DNA from: Malacoraja senta
Taxonomy: Eukaryota
DNA length: 64,000 bases
Direction: 5' to 3'
NCBI GenBank assembly: GCA_038087875.1
Contig: JAXLNO010000350.1
Span: forward strand, 62,001 to 126,000
Shown here: one piece after another, positions 48,040-60,723 of the stretch
Layout of the letters: each line of letters opens with the position of its first letter
Position numbering within the stretch: position 1 is the first letter of the stretch
Position numbers and translations under genes: made by a program
Notes under the pieces: model-generated
What the model saw: the letters and a program-made list of their open reading frames with translations, nothing else
Told to the model about the DNA's origin: nothing
Database searches by the model: none

Positions 48040-48306
48040 CCTCCCCCCCCCTCGCCTTACCCCCTGATTGGTCGGACGCAAGGAGGAGGCGGTACCTAGT
48101 CCTTCGTGACGTCGGGGAGGGAGGCGGGACTCTCACTCCCATTGGCCGATGGCGCTGCCCGTCAGTGTCGAAGGGACCCCTCATCAAGATGGCAGCCGGC
48201 TGCCGACCAATCAGTGGCGCCGTCCTCGCCTGCCCTCACCAAGATGGCCGCCTCCCCATCGACCGGATCAAGATGGCGGCGGAGGAACGAAATAAACCCG
48301 GTGAGT
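48040..48306 (+). promoter_or_regulatory. Second CpG-rich YY1/CCAAT/GC-box promoter/first exon; donor CG|GTGAGT at 48300/48301
   Basis: CTGATTGG at 48064, TGACGTC at 48107, GGAGGCGG twice, CAAGATGGC at 48185, 48240 and 48269, CCAATCAG at 48207. Confidence 0.72.
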
Positions 48307-48599
48307 CTGTGGGTAAAACTGGTCAATAATGTTAGAAACCCACAGGGGAGTGAAATAAACCCGGTAAATCTGGGGGTGAAACTAAGGTCAATAGGATATT
48401 TACCTCAGTTTAAAATTTTTTTTTTTTAAAAAGACAAATAATTTGTATTGTATATTTATCCAATTACCAGAGTGGTTTTAGGAAGGGGAGAAACACCATG
48501 GATCCAGCTATATGTTTAGAACATGAAATTAGGAGAGCACAAATTAACAGAGAAAGTGTAGTAGCTGTATTTTTTTATATTGAGAAAGCATATGATATG

Positions 48600-49634
48600 T
48601 AGCAATGTTACAAAATTTTGAGATTTTAAAAATCAAGTCTGCAATTTATCCCATCAGATAAAGCATAAAAAGAAGTTTAATTTGACACTTAATTCACTTT
48701 CATATCTTCAGTATTAAAAAAGTTATGGCCATTATCATACTCAGAAATTAGCACCTTGTTCCCTATTGCTTTTCCATTGACTTAACACAAAAGCTGTGAT
48801 CGAGGACAGTCAAAAGCCCATAACTTTCTTAAAAATTAAGATAACAAAGAAATTTTCAGTTATTATAGATTGAAGCATTCTGAAACAAATATGAAACAAT
48901 CTTACTTCGAAGACATGAAAGTAAAGCATATAATTAGTTAGTTACCTAATTGTAGCTAATTACAAAATTCAATTACTAGATCTAAACATCTATCAATTTC
49001 TTAAGAATAGATTAACATTTTTAAATAGCCTGTCCAAATAACATTCACACAATAATTCACAATATAACATAATTTTTAAATCTCATTGTCATGAATTTAC
49101 AGGCCAAATGGAAGGAATTGAATGTTTAATACCTGTAAATTAATGGGGATTTAATTCATCTTGCGAGTGAGGATTTCTGGAACGCGATCAATTGGAACGT
49201 TGATTTGCGGTGAATTTAACCCCGTATTGGCATGAAAAATACTGCCGTTAGTTCGGGGAATAAAATCACCGTGTCGCATGAAAAAATGTGAATTAAAGGC
49301 TTCTTAAGAAGCACTTTTATACATTTAAAGAAACCACTTTCGTTTACCTGTCCCTTGTGTGAAATCCGTCCCCGTTATCGGCGTTGACGCTTCAGGAGCT
49401 GATTTTAAAATTACTCCAGCGCTGACATTGACGATTTAATAAAAATAAAAAATACACAAAAGGCCACTAGGAACGATTCTTCAGCCAACGCTTGTACTCC
49501 AACAAAATATTAACCAGGACAAGGGAGGAGAAACCCGCGTTTTAACCCCGCCCCCCCTTAAAGGCGCCAAAATCGCGCACACGGCCAGTGGCAGAATTAC
49601 AGCGCGACTGAAGGTAAGTTTTGTAACATACCTA
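48600..49634. mobile_element. Non-autonomous DNA transposon, 1,035 bp, TAG..ATGTTACAAAA TIRs, 7-bp TSD (hATw-like)
   Basis: TSD TGATATG at 48593-48599 and 49635-49641. Removing the element restores the LINE frame AYDMMWGEG. Confidence 0.82.
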
Positions 49635-49663
49635 TGATATGATGTGGGGAGAAGGGTTATTAG

Positions 49664-50095
49664 TTTTGATTCGATTTATTTCTTGTCATTTGAACCTCAA
49701 AGAGGCCCAAACGAAACTCCGTTTCCACAGCCATACAAACAAAACAATTCCTACACGACACACAAACAATTCAATTTACAGAAAAACATCCATCACAGTG
49801 AATCTCCTCCTCACTGTGATGGAAGGCAAAGTCATTTCTCTCCCCTGCACCATTTTTCTCCCGATGTTGAAGCCCCAGGCGGGCAATGTTAAGTCCCACG
49901 GCCGTTGAGGCCGCGCCGGGCGGTGTACGGCTTCGCTCCGGGCCCAAAAGTCACAAAGTTGGAGCCCCCGGCGGGCGCTGGAATGTCCCGCGGCTTTAAC
50001 ATTAAAGCCGCGCCGGGCGATTTACGGCCCCGCTCCGGGTCGTTCCAACCCCGCGACTCGAGCTGGAGAAGTTGCGTTGCAGGAGCTAGGTACTA
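49664..50095 (-). mobile_element. GC-rich retroelement 3' fragment (Rex/L2-type tail) nested in the Nimb LINE
   Basis: Minus strand ends GTTTCGTTTGGGCCTC...ATGACAAGAATAAA. Interrupts GLL|KLGKLGI. Boundaries approximate. Confidence 0.55.
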
Positions 50096-50853
50096 GGTAC
50101 TAGAAACTAGGTAAGTTGGGGATTAAAGGTCGTATGTTTAAATGGATTAAGGATTTTTTATTTGGGAGGTCAATACAAGTACGAGTTGGAAATCAATACT
50201 CAGGAACATTAGATATTGAAAATGGAACACCTCAAGGGAGCATAATAAGTCCTTTACTATTTTTATTAACGTTAAATGATGTGTATGAAGAAATTGTAAA
50301 TGAAATGGGAGTTTCACTGTTTGCAGATGATGGGGCAATCTGGAAAAGGGTGAGAAATGTGAAGTTTATTGTGCAGAAACTACAGAGGGCTGTTTATAAA
50401 GGTACAAGAGTGGTCTTATAAATGGGGATTCAAATTTTCTGTGGAAAAGCCAAAGATAATGTTTTTTACTAGGAAGAAAATTGGTAGTGAGGTTAAACTA
50501 AAATTATATAACCAGGAATTGGAGAGAGTAAAATACTATAAATTTTTAGGTTTATGGTTTGATGAGAGGATTACATGGATGGTTCATATTCAGAAAGTAG
50601 TGGACAAATGTAAGAAGGTACTTAATGTAATGAGATGTTTAGTTGGATGTGATTGGGGGGCAGATAGAGCAGCTTTGAAGGCTATATACATTGGGTTAAT
50701 TAGATCTGTGTTAGATTATGGTTGTGTGGTGTATGGGTCCGCATCAAGTACTTCTCTTAAGAAAATAGACAACATTCAATATCAGGCATTGAGAATATGT
50801 ACAGGTGCAATAAAAACAACAGCAGTATTACAGGTTGAAATGGGGGAGATGCC

Positions 50854-51516
50854 CAAGCTAACCACAGGTACCTTGGTGTGCAGCTTGACAGTGAGCTGGA
50901 CTGGAAGTGTCATATGGAGGCGGTGTACAGGAAGGGACAAAGCCGACTGTATTTTTTAAGGAGGCTGAGGTCATTTAACATCTGCCATCCCCTACTGTGC
51001 AGTGTCTACCATTCAGTGGTGGCCAGTGCTCTGTTTTTTGCTGTGGCCTGTTGGGGAGATGGCGCCCGCATAGCGGACAAAAATCAGACTGGACAAGCTG
51101 ATCAGGAAGGCCGGCTCAGTGGTCGGGGCTGAGCAACGAACGGTCCAGCAGGTGGCAGAGGTCAGAACTCTGAACGAACTGGGTACAATAATGACCAACC
51201 CCACTCACCCACTCCATGCCCTGAAGGTGATCAAGAGCAGCAGCTTCAGTCAGAGACTGATTGCACCAATGTGCAAAACTGAGAGACATAGGAAGTCCTG
51301 TTTACCAGCTGCTATAAGGTTATATAATGCGCATAAATAACTGCACTCTTTTTTTTTCATTAATTGTATTTTAACTTGTATTTTAACTTGTATTTTAACT
51401 TGTTAAGTATGGAAGCTATTTGAGGAAATGTGTGGTGTTATGTCTGTCTTGAAGCTGTCGTGGCACTGTAATTTCCTGTGAAGGATTATTAAAGGTATAT
51501 CAATATCAATCAATCA
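50854..51516 (+). mobile_element. Rex1/Babar 3' fragment nested in the Nimb LINE
   Basis: TSD ATGCC (50849-50853 and 51517-51521). YLGVQLD..KGQSRLYFLRRLRSF; (ATCA)n tail. Confidence 0.9.
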
Positions 51517-52793
51517 ATGCCTCTAGAGATGAGAAGGATACAGCTTTCATTAAATTACTGGATTAACCTACAGGGCTGCAGTCAAGAACACCCAGCACAA
51601 GTTACTGTCAAACCATGCTGGGAAAAGAAGAGAAGGGAAACAAAAAGCTTTGGATGGACAGTGACCCAGAGAGCAGTACAAATCGGCATAGCACAATTAA
51701 ATGTGGTTCCAACGGTTCCATTACCTTCAATTCCACCTTGGATACTTCCAGATGCAATAGTAGACTTTACAACATTAGAACAGGAAAACAAGGATAAACA
51801 ACATAGGTATAATTCAGTCATTATACAGGAATACATTGATAGATACAACAGTTTTGTCCAAATTTATACAGATGCATCAAAAGATTCAGTAGATAAAGTA
51901 GGAGTAGCATTTATTGTACCAGAATGTCACATCAAAGTAGGGAAGAGGATCAATAATGAGGTCTCGGTATACACAGGTGAAATGATTGCAATATTGTTAG
52001 CGGTACAGTGGGTCGAGGATACTAGGCCTTTAAGCACAGTTATTTGTTCAGATTCAAGTTTAGCAGTAAAGAGTTTACAGCACAGCCATTCAGACAGTAG
52101 ACCAGACATTTTGATTGAAATACAACAAACACTATTCAGAATTCAAATGATGGGGCTTACAGTCATATTTTTATGGGTACCAGCACACATTGGCATTAGA
52201 GGAAACGAAATGGCAGATAAGGTAGCAAAAGAGGTAGCAAAAAGAAGTAAGATTGATTTAAGTATTAACATAGGTAAAACTGAAATCAAAGACATTATTA
52301 AGCAAAGACTGAAGGAAAGATGGCAAGAGCAATGGGAGGAAGAGCGGAAAGGACGGTGGTTCTACAGAGTCCAGAGGAAAGTGGGAGAAATGAGATGTGC
52401 AGGAAAAAACAGAAAAGAGGAGACAGTAATCTCAAGAATTAGATTTGGACACACTGGTCTGAACAGTACACTTTTTATAATAGGCAAGCATAATACAGGC
52501 AGATGTGAATACTGTGGGCAAGAAGAGACAATAGAGCATGTCATTGTACATTGTGAGAGGTATGAGGAGGAGAGAGAACGGATGAGTGAGCAGTTCAGAA
52601 AAGAAAGAATACAATTTGATTTGGTAGATATTTTGCAAGGAAGTTCATATAAGTGCTATCAAATCCTGTTGCATTTTCTTAGGGTAACCAATTTGTTCGG
52701 AAGGATATAGGTTATTAGTATATGTAATGGTGTTGTTTGATCCACACTCCATGCCACTTGGTGGCAGTAATGCACCAAAAAAGTGGTTTGCCA

Positions 52794-52993
52794 NNNNNNN
52801 NNNNNNNNNNNNNNNNNNNNNNNNNNNNNNNNNNNNNNNNNNNNNNNNNNNNNNNNNNNNNNNNNNNNNNNNNNNNNNNNNNNNNNNNNNNNNNNNNNNN
52901 NNNNNNNNNNNNNNNNNNNNNNNNNNNNNNNNNNNNNNNNNNNNNNNNNNNNNNNNNNNNNNNNNNNNNNNNNNNNNNNNNNNNNNNNNNNNN
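52794..52993. other. Assembly gap (200 N)
   Basis: Run of N. Confidence 1.
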
Positions 52994-53875
52994 CACATGC
53001 TCCGATTGCGGCAATGCCTTCAAGTCGTCGCCGGAACTGAAGGTGCACAGGCGCGTTCACACCGGGGAGCGGCCCTACACCTGCAGCAACTGCGGCAAGG
53101 GCTTCACCCAGTCCAACAACCTGCAGGTGCACCAGCGCACCCACACCGGCGAGTGCCCGTACACCTGCGCCCAGTGCGGCAAAGGCTTCAAGTCGTCGCC
53201 GGAACTGAAGGTGCACAGACGAGTGCACACCGGGGAGCGGCCCTACACCTGCAGCGACTGTGGCAAGGGCTTCACCACGTCCAACAACCTGCTGGTGCAC
53301 CAGCGCACCCACACCGGCGAGCGCCCCTACACCTGCGCCCAGTGCGGCAAAGGCTTCACATGCTCCACCCAGCTGCTGTCCCACCAGCGGGTGCACGCCT
53401 GCAACCATCCCTAGCGCTTTGCCATGGCCTCCCACGCCCTGTCTCACCAGTGCGTGCACACCAGTGACCAGCCCTACGACTGCCCGTACTGCGGCGAGGA
53501 GTTTGACAGCTTGCGGGGGTTGCGGCAGCACCGGCGGGCCCAGGCCAGCGAGAGACAGCTCCCATTGCGGCAAGCGGTTCAAGAGCGCATGGGGGCTGCG
53601 GGAGCACCAGCGGATACACACCGGAGAGAGGCCCTTTGTGTGCACTGAGTGTGGCAAGGGTTTCACCCGCATGTCCAGCCTGTGTCAGCACCGGCATACC
53701 CACAGCAGTGAGCGTCCCTTCCCCTGCCCGACCTGTGCTAAGGGCTTCACCCGCCTTGACCACCTGATGGAGCACCGGCGAGTCCACACCAGCCAGCGCC
53801 CCTTCACCTGCCCGCTCTGTGGCAAGGCCTTTACCCGCTCCTCCAGCCTGCTGGCACACCGCGACGTGGATAGGC
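52994..53875 (+). pseudogene. Third C2H2 zinc-finger exon; 5' part lost in the gap; in-frame stop at 53412-53414, then further fingers (truncated gene or pseudogene)
   Basis: Five fingers before the stop; YDCPYC finger after it; four more finger units in the +1 frame (~53560-53870). Confidence 0.75.
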
Positions 53876-55419
53876 GCTGTTTAGGTAGACACAAAATGCT
53901 GGAAGGAATGGGTAACGTTTTGGGCTGAGACCCTCTTCAGTTTTGACCCGAAACATCACCCATTCCTTCTCTCCAGAGATGCTGCCTGTCCCGCTGAGTT
54001 ACTCCAGCATTTTGTGTCCTTTTTTGTAAACCAGCATCTGCTGTTTTTAAATCATTCTGGTAAGCCCTCTCTGCTCCTTCTGCAAAGCCTCCACATCAGT
54101 CCTGTAATGGAGTGACCAGAACTGTATGCAATACTCCAAATGCTACCTGACCAATGTCCTTTAAAGCTGCACATATACATGGTAACTCAAATATCACTGT
54201 ACCCTAACTGGTGCATGTGACATTAAATGTGAACTTGAACTTGCTTATTCTGTTGTGCTGCAGCAAGTAAGAGATTCTTGCTATTGAGGGAGTGCAGAGT
54301 AGGTTCACCAGGTTAATTCCTGGGATGGCGGGACTGTCATATGGTGAGAGAATGGAGCGGCTGGGCTTGTACACTCTGGAATTTAGAAGGATGAGAGGAT
54401 ATCATATTGAAACAAATAAGATTATTAAGGGTTTGGACATGCTAGAGGCACGAAACATGTTCCTGAAGTTGGGATAGTCCAGAACCAGTGGCCACAGCCC
54501 ACAGTTTAAGAATAAGGGGTAAGCCATTTAGAACGGAGATGAGAAAACACTTCTTCACTGCATCTAATGATAATTCATTGTTCTATCTGGGACATTGTTC
54601 TCTCTGGGACATATGACATCTATGGAGCGAAGGAAATAGGCAACGTTTCAGGCCGTAACCCTCCTTCAGACTGATGTGAGGGTGGGGTGGGTGGGGGCGG
54701 GAAGAAGAAAGGAAGAGGAGGAGCCAGAGGGCTGAGGGAGAGCTGAGAAGGGGAGGAGACATTAAGGGCTACCTGAAATTAGAGAAATCAATGTGGTCAC
54801 TAATGTTATAAACCCACAGGGGAGCGGAATAAACAAGGCTGTGGAGTTGTACCCAAAACATCCGACACCGACCCATTGGTATAATAATTCTAAATCTGCT
54901 GTAATGACATTACACAAGATGGCATTTCATAAGAACTACATGAATCATCTGGCTGCCTTTTAAACCCATGTCCTTAAACCTTTAAGCCTAATGGTTGTAG
55001 CTGAGCTATTTTATTGATTCTTGGGGACAAAAAAAATCATTATGCTAAAAGAAAAAAATAGAGAGAAAGGACTATAACAAAATTAAAATTCAATTGAATT
55101 AAATAAAAAATATAAAATCATTATTCCAAAATTTATTAAACTAAGGCCACAGGTATGAGCTAAATGGCTAAATTATGACAAAAATCCGAAGTGCATGAGG
55201 AATTAAAAGTAAATGCATAGGTAGTTAAGTTTGTTCCAAAGGTTCATACCTAAAACTTAATAATAACTTGTCCTTAGGAACAGAATTGCTTTTGCCAGAT
55301 CCTGTTTCATTGAAGCCCTTAAATCTGATTCATTTATTTTCATTGCTGAGAACAGTCTCTCCACGCGGACCTGAGTGGGCGGTATATCGTAGGTGCACAT
55401 TTTTACTATTTCTGGATAA

Positions 55420-56665
55420 TAATGGTGAATTTGGATAGCAGTAAAAGGATTGGGGAAGGGGAAATCCTGCTTGACTAATCTTCTAGAATTATTTGAGCAT
55501 TTGACAAGTAAAATGGGTGAAGGAGAGCCAGTGGATGAAGTGTATCTGGATTTTCAGAAAGCCTTCGATAAGGCCCCATATAGGAGATTAGTGGGCAAAA
55601 CTAGAGCACATGGTATTGGAGGTAGGGTATTGACATGGATAGAGAATTGGTTGGCAGACAGGAAACAGAGTAGGAATAAATGGGTCCCTGTCAGAATGGC
55701 AGGCAGTGGCGAGTGGAGTGCCGCAAGGCTCGGTGCTGGGGCCACAACTATTTACAATATATATTAATGATTTAGATGATGGAATTACAAGTAACACGAG
55801 CCAATTTGCAGATGACACAAAGCTGGGTGGCAGTGTGAACTGCGAAGAGGATGCTAGGAGGTTGCAGGTTTTCTTGGGCAGGTTGAGTGAGTGGGCAGAT
55901 GCAACACTGGTCCTAAATGGCCTACCCCTTATTCTTAAACTGTGTGGCCCCTGGTTCTGGACTCTCCCAACATCAGGAACATTTTTCCTGCATCTAGCCT
56001 GTTCAATCCCTTCATAAGTTTATATGTTTCCATAAGATCCCTTCTCATCCTTCTAAATTCCAGTGAATACAAGTCGACCCATTCTTTCATCTACTTCTCC
56101 ACAACTTTGTACAACTCTTGAAAAACCTTTCCAGATCATCTACCATTTTGTACAACCGACCAAAAACATTCTCCGAACTCGTGCACAACTCTTGTACAAC
56201 CGTACAAAAACTGTTACAACTTTGTACAACAACTTTAAAAACCTTTCCCAAGTCGGGCACACCTTTGTATAACTTGTTAAAAACCCTTCCTAACTCCTGC
56301 ATAACCGATGAAAAGCTTTTATGTGTGGATAAAAGTAAGCATGCAGGTACAGCAGGCAGTGAAGAAAGCCAGTGGCATGTTGGCCGTCATAATGAGAAGA
56401 TTTGAGTATAGGAGCAAAGAGGTCCTTCTGCAGTTTTACAGGGCCCCGGTGAGACCACATCTGGAGTATTGTGTGCAGTTTTGGTCTCCAAATTTGAGGA
56501 AGGACATCCTTGCTATTGAGGCAGTGCAGCGTAGGTTCACCAGGTTAATCCCCGGGATGGCGGGACTGTCATATGAGGAAAGATTGAAAAGACTGGGCTT
56601 GTATTCACTGGAATTTATGATGAGAGGGTGGTCTTATAGAAACACATTAAATTATAAAAGGACTG
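55420..56665. mobile_element. Rearranged CR1 composite (plus RT piece, inverted piece, ACAACTTTGT-rich insert, plus piece); paralogous to ~60215-62840 without the Helitron
   Basis: [30 protein letters not shown] and VRPHLEYC peptides. Confidence 0.8.
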
Positions 56666-56929
56666 CAAACAGATTGGATAATACAGTAGATAAACTGTGA
56701 CCCCCTCCCCTACACCCCCTCTCCCCGTCTCTGTGAGAGGGTTAATGTCCACACATCTACACCCCCCTTATGAAAGGGGGGGTGGGGGAACCATTTTTGA
56801 AGCTTTGTTAATAATATGAATCAAATGAAGATGCATTGAGTGAGTTGAATGGAAGGGGGTGGATGATATTTGGTTTGCAGCCTCTGCTGTCATTGTTTCC
56901 CCCCCCTCTCCCCTTCCCCTCCCCCCCTC

Positions 56930-57116
56930 ATCAAGATGGCCGCCGCCAACCCCTCACCAATCAGCGGCGCCGACCTCACCTGCCCGCGCCAATCAGCGGC
57001 GCCGACCTCACCAGGATGGCCGTCCCGGGCCCCGCCTCCCCGATCGACCGCATCAAGATGGCGGCGGAGAAGCGTCAGTTGGTGTCGACGCTGCTGAGCG
57101 GCGGCCTAAGGTAAAT
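56930..57116 (+). promoter_or_regulatory. Third YY1/CCAAT promoter/first exon; donor AG|GTAAAT at 57110/57111
   Basis: Paralog of 23490-23671, followed by the same intron start. Confidence 0.72.
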
Positions 57117-57573
57117 AATGTTATAAATCAGCCGGGGATTGAGCGGGATCGGGTCAATATGGGGGAGAAGTGAGGTAAATCACCACATAAAGTAACTACA
57201 CTAACGTGTATCTATCTATCTGTGGGGATACACAACTGGGGTCAAACTGGTTCTAAACCAGCCTCCCCCTCTTATTCACTGAGGGAAATAACCTTATAAA
57301 TACATCAATAAATAAATACATCAGCAGCGGAATAAATAAATAAATAAATAAACCCGGTAAATGTGGAGGAGAGAGAGAGAGAGAGAGAGTTGAGGTAAAT
57401 CACCACATAAATAAACTACACGTCTGGGGCAAAACTGGGCTCAATTATATCAACTCACCGTCTGGAGCAGCGTCCTGAGATAAAACACCTTATAAACATC
57501 TATCTCCCTCTCTCTGGCTCCCCCCCTCTCTGTAAATAATCAATAAATCACCAAACTACACGTCTGGGGGAAT

Positions 57574-57891
57574 AAACCCGGTAAATCTGGTGGAGACCTG
57601 AGGTCAATAATGTTAGAAACCCACAGGGGAGTGAAATAAACCCGGTAAATCTGGGGTAAAACAGGTCAATGATGTTAGAAACCCACAGGGGAGTGAAATA
57701 AACCCGGTAAATCTGGGGTAAAACTGAGGTCAATAATGTTAGAAACCCACAGGGGAGTGAAATAAACCCGGTAAATCTGGGATAAAACTGAGGTCAATAA
57801 TGTTAGAAACCCACAGGGGAGTGAAATAAACCCGGTAAATCTGGGGTAAAACTGAGGTCAATAATGTTAGAAACCCACAGGGGAGTGAAAT
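57574..57891. repeat. 64-bp minisatellite, 5 units; paralog of 24151-24534
   Basis: Same unit; one unit has a 2-bp deletion. Confidence 0.95.
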
Positions 57892-59073
57892 AAACCAGCA
57901 AACATAGACAACAGGTGCAGGAGGAGGCCATTCGGCCCTTCGAGCCAGCACCGCCATTCAATGTGATCACGGCTGATCATCCCCAATCAGTACCCCGTTC
58001 CTGCCTTCTCCCCATATCCCCTGACTCCGCTATCTTTAAGAGCCCCATCAAGCTCTCTCTTGAAAGTATCCAGAGAACCGGCTTTGGTTCACAAGGTTAA
58101 TTCCCGCGATGGCGGGACTGTCATATGTTGATGGAAGGTTGATACCCTCTCATCCTTCTAAACTCCAGAGTGTACAAGCCCAGCCGCTCCATTCTCTCAG
58201 CATATGACAGTCCCGCCATCCCGGGAATTAACCTGGTGAACCTACGCTGCACTCCCTCAATAGCAAGAATGTGCAGTGGAGCTAAATAAACAGGGCTATG
58301 GAGTCGTACCCAAAACACCCGACCCCTTGGTATAATAATTCTAAATCTGCTGTGATAACATTACACAAGATGACATTTCATAACAACTACATCAATCATC
58401 AGGCTGCCTTTTAAACCCATGTCCTTAAAGTTTTGAGCCAACCCCTAAAGCTATTTTATTGTTGATTCTTGGGGACAAAAAAATTTATTATGCTAAAAGA
58501 AAAAAATATATAGAAAGGACTATAACAAAATTAAAATTGAATTAAATAAAAAATATAAAATCATTATTCCAAAATGTATTAAAGTAAGGCCACAGGTATG
58601 AGCTAAATGGCTAAATTATGTCAAAAATCCGAAGTGCATGAGGAATTAAAAGTAAATGCATACGTAGTTAAGTTTGTTCCAAAGGTTCATACCTAAAATT
58701 TAAAAATAACTTGTCCTTAGAAACAGAATTGCTTCTGCCAGATGCTCTTTCAATGAAGCCCTTAAATCTGATTCATTTATTTTCAGTGCTGAGAACAGTC
58801 TCTCCACGCGGACCTGAGTGGGCGCTATGGCTGTTACTATCATAGCTGCAAATTTGACTATTTCTAGGTAAGTAGGGTCGATGGGGAATTATAGACCAGT
58901 TATCCTGACATCTGTGATGGGGAAGATGCTGGAGTCAATTATTAAAGAAGTAATAATGGCGAATTTGGATAGCAATAAAAGGATCGGTCCAAGTCAGCAT
59001 GGATTTATGAAGGGGAAATCCTGCTTGACTAATCTTCTGGAATATTTGAGGATGTGACAAGTAAAATGGATCG

Positions 59074-60214
59074 AAACATAGAAACATAGAAAATAGGTGC
59101 AGGAGGAGGCCATTCGGCCCTTCGAGCCTGCATCGCCATTCAATATGATCATGGCTGATCATCCAACTCAGTATCCTGTACCTGCCTTCTCTCCATACCC
59201 CCTGATCCCTTTAGCCACATGGGCCACATCTAACTCCCTCTTAAATATAGCCAATGAACTGGCCTCGACTACCTTCTATGGCAGAGAATTCCAGAGATTC
59301 ACCACTCTATGTGTAAAAAATGGTTTTCTCATCTCAGTCCTAAAAGACTTCCCCCTTATTCTTAAACTGTGGCTCCTTGTTCTGGACTTCCCCAACACCG
59401 GGAATAATCTTCCTGCATCTAGCCTGTCCAACCCCTTAAGAATGTTGTAAGTTTCTATAAGATCCCCCCTCAATCTTCTGAATTCTAGCGAGTACAAGCC
59501 GAGTCTATCCAGTCTTTCTTCATATGAAAGTCCTGCCATCCCAGGAATCAGTCTGGTGAACCTTCTCTGTACTCCCTTTATGGCAAGAATGTCTTTCCTC
59601 AGATTAGGAGACCAAAACTGTACGCAATACTCCAGGTGTGGTCTCACCAAGACCCTGTACAACTGCAGTAGAACCTCCCTGCTCTTGTACTCAAATCCTT
59701 TTGCTATGAATGCTAACATACCATTTGCTTTCTTCACTGCCTGCTGCACCTGCATGCCTACTTTCAATGACTGGTGTACCATGACACCCAGGTCTCATTG
59801 CATCTCCCCTTTTCCTAATCGGCTACCATTCAGATAATAGTCTACTTTCCTGATTTTGCCACCAAAGTGGATAACCTCACATTTATCCACATTATACTGC
59901 ATCTGCCATGCATTTGCCCACTCACCCAACCTAACCAAGTCACCTTGCAGCCTCCTAGCATCCTCCTCACAACTAACACTGCCCCCCAGCTTCGTGTCAT
60001 CCACAAACGTGGAGATGTTGCAATCAATTCCCTCATCCAGATCATTAATATATATTGTAAATAGCTGGTACCCCATTAGTCACTGCCTGCCATTCTGAAA
60101 AGGACCCGTTTACTCCTACTCTTTGCTTCCTGTCTGCCAGCCAGTTCTCTATCTACATCAATACTGAACCCCCAATACCGTGTGCTTTAAGTTTGCATAC
60201 TAATCTCTTATGTG
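59074..60214 (-). mobile_element. CR1 3' fragment inserted antisense into another CR1
   Basis: ORFs 59276-59782 and 59795-60076; (CTATGTTT)n tail; short TGGAT duplication at the junctions. Confidence 0.9.
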
Positions 60215-60723
60215 GATGAAGGAGAGCCAGTGGATGTAATGTATCTGGACTGTCAGAAAGCCTTGATAACGCCTCATATAGGAGATTAGTGGGCAAAATT
60301 AGAGCACATGGTATTGGAGGTAGGGTATTGACATGGATAGAGAGAATTGGTTGGCAGATAGGAAACAAAGAGTAAGAATAAATGGGTCCCTGTGATAATG
60401 GCAGGCAGTGGCGAGTGGAGTGCCGCAAAGCTCGGTGCTGGGGCTGCAACTATTTACAATATATGTTAATGATTTAGGTGATGGAATTAAAATTAACACT
60501 AGCAAATTTGCAGATGACACAAAGCTGGGTGCCAGTGTGAACTGTGAAGAGGATGCTCGGAGGTTGCAGGATGACTTGGACAGGTTGGTTGAGTGAGTGG
60601 GCAGATGGAACACTGGTCCTAAATGCCCTACCCCTTATTCTTAAACTGTGTGTGGCCCCTGGTTCTGGACTCTCCCAACATCAGGAACATTTTTCAATCT
60701 GATCAGCTTTTTCAATCCCTTAA

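Larger units (their letters stand above)
48455..52793 (+). mobile_element. 5'-truncated Nimb/I-group LINE (RT, RNase H, CCHC), split by three nested insertions
   Basis: YQSGFR..IEKAYDM|MWGEGLL, GTPQGS, FADD, IYTDASK, WVPAHIGIRGNE.AD, CEYC..ETIEH...C. 3' UTR GGTGGCAGTAATGCACC. Confidence 0.9.

Noticed and set aside
51517..52710. Stand-alone or domesticated RNase H gene
   Set aside because: It is the C-terminal part of the Nimb ORF2. Its ATG is the duplicated target site of the Rex1 insert.
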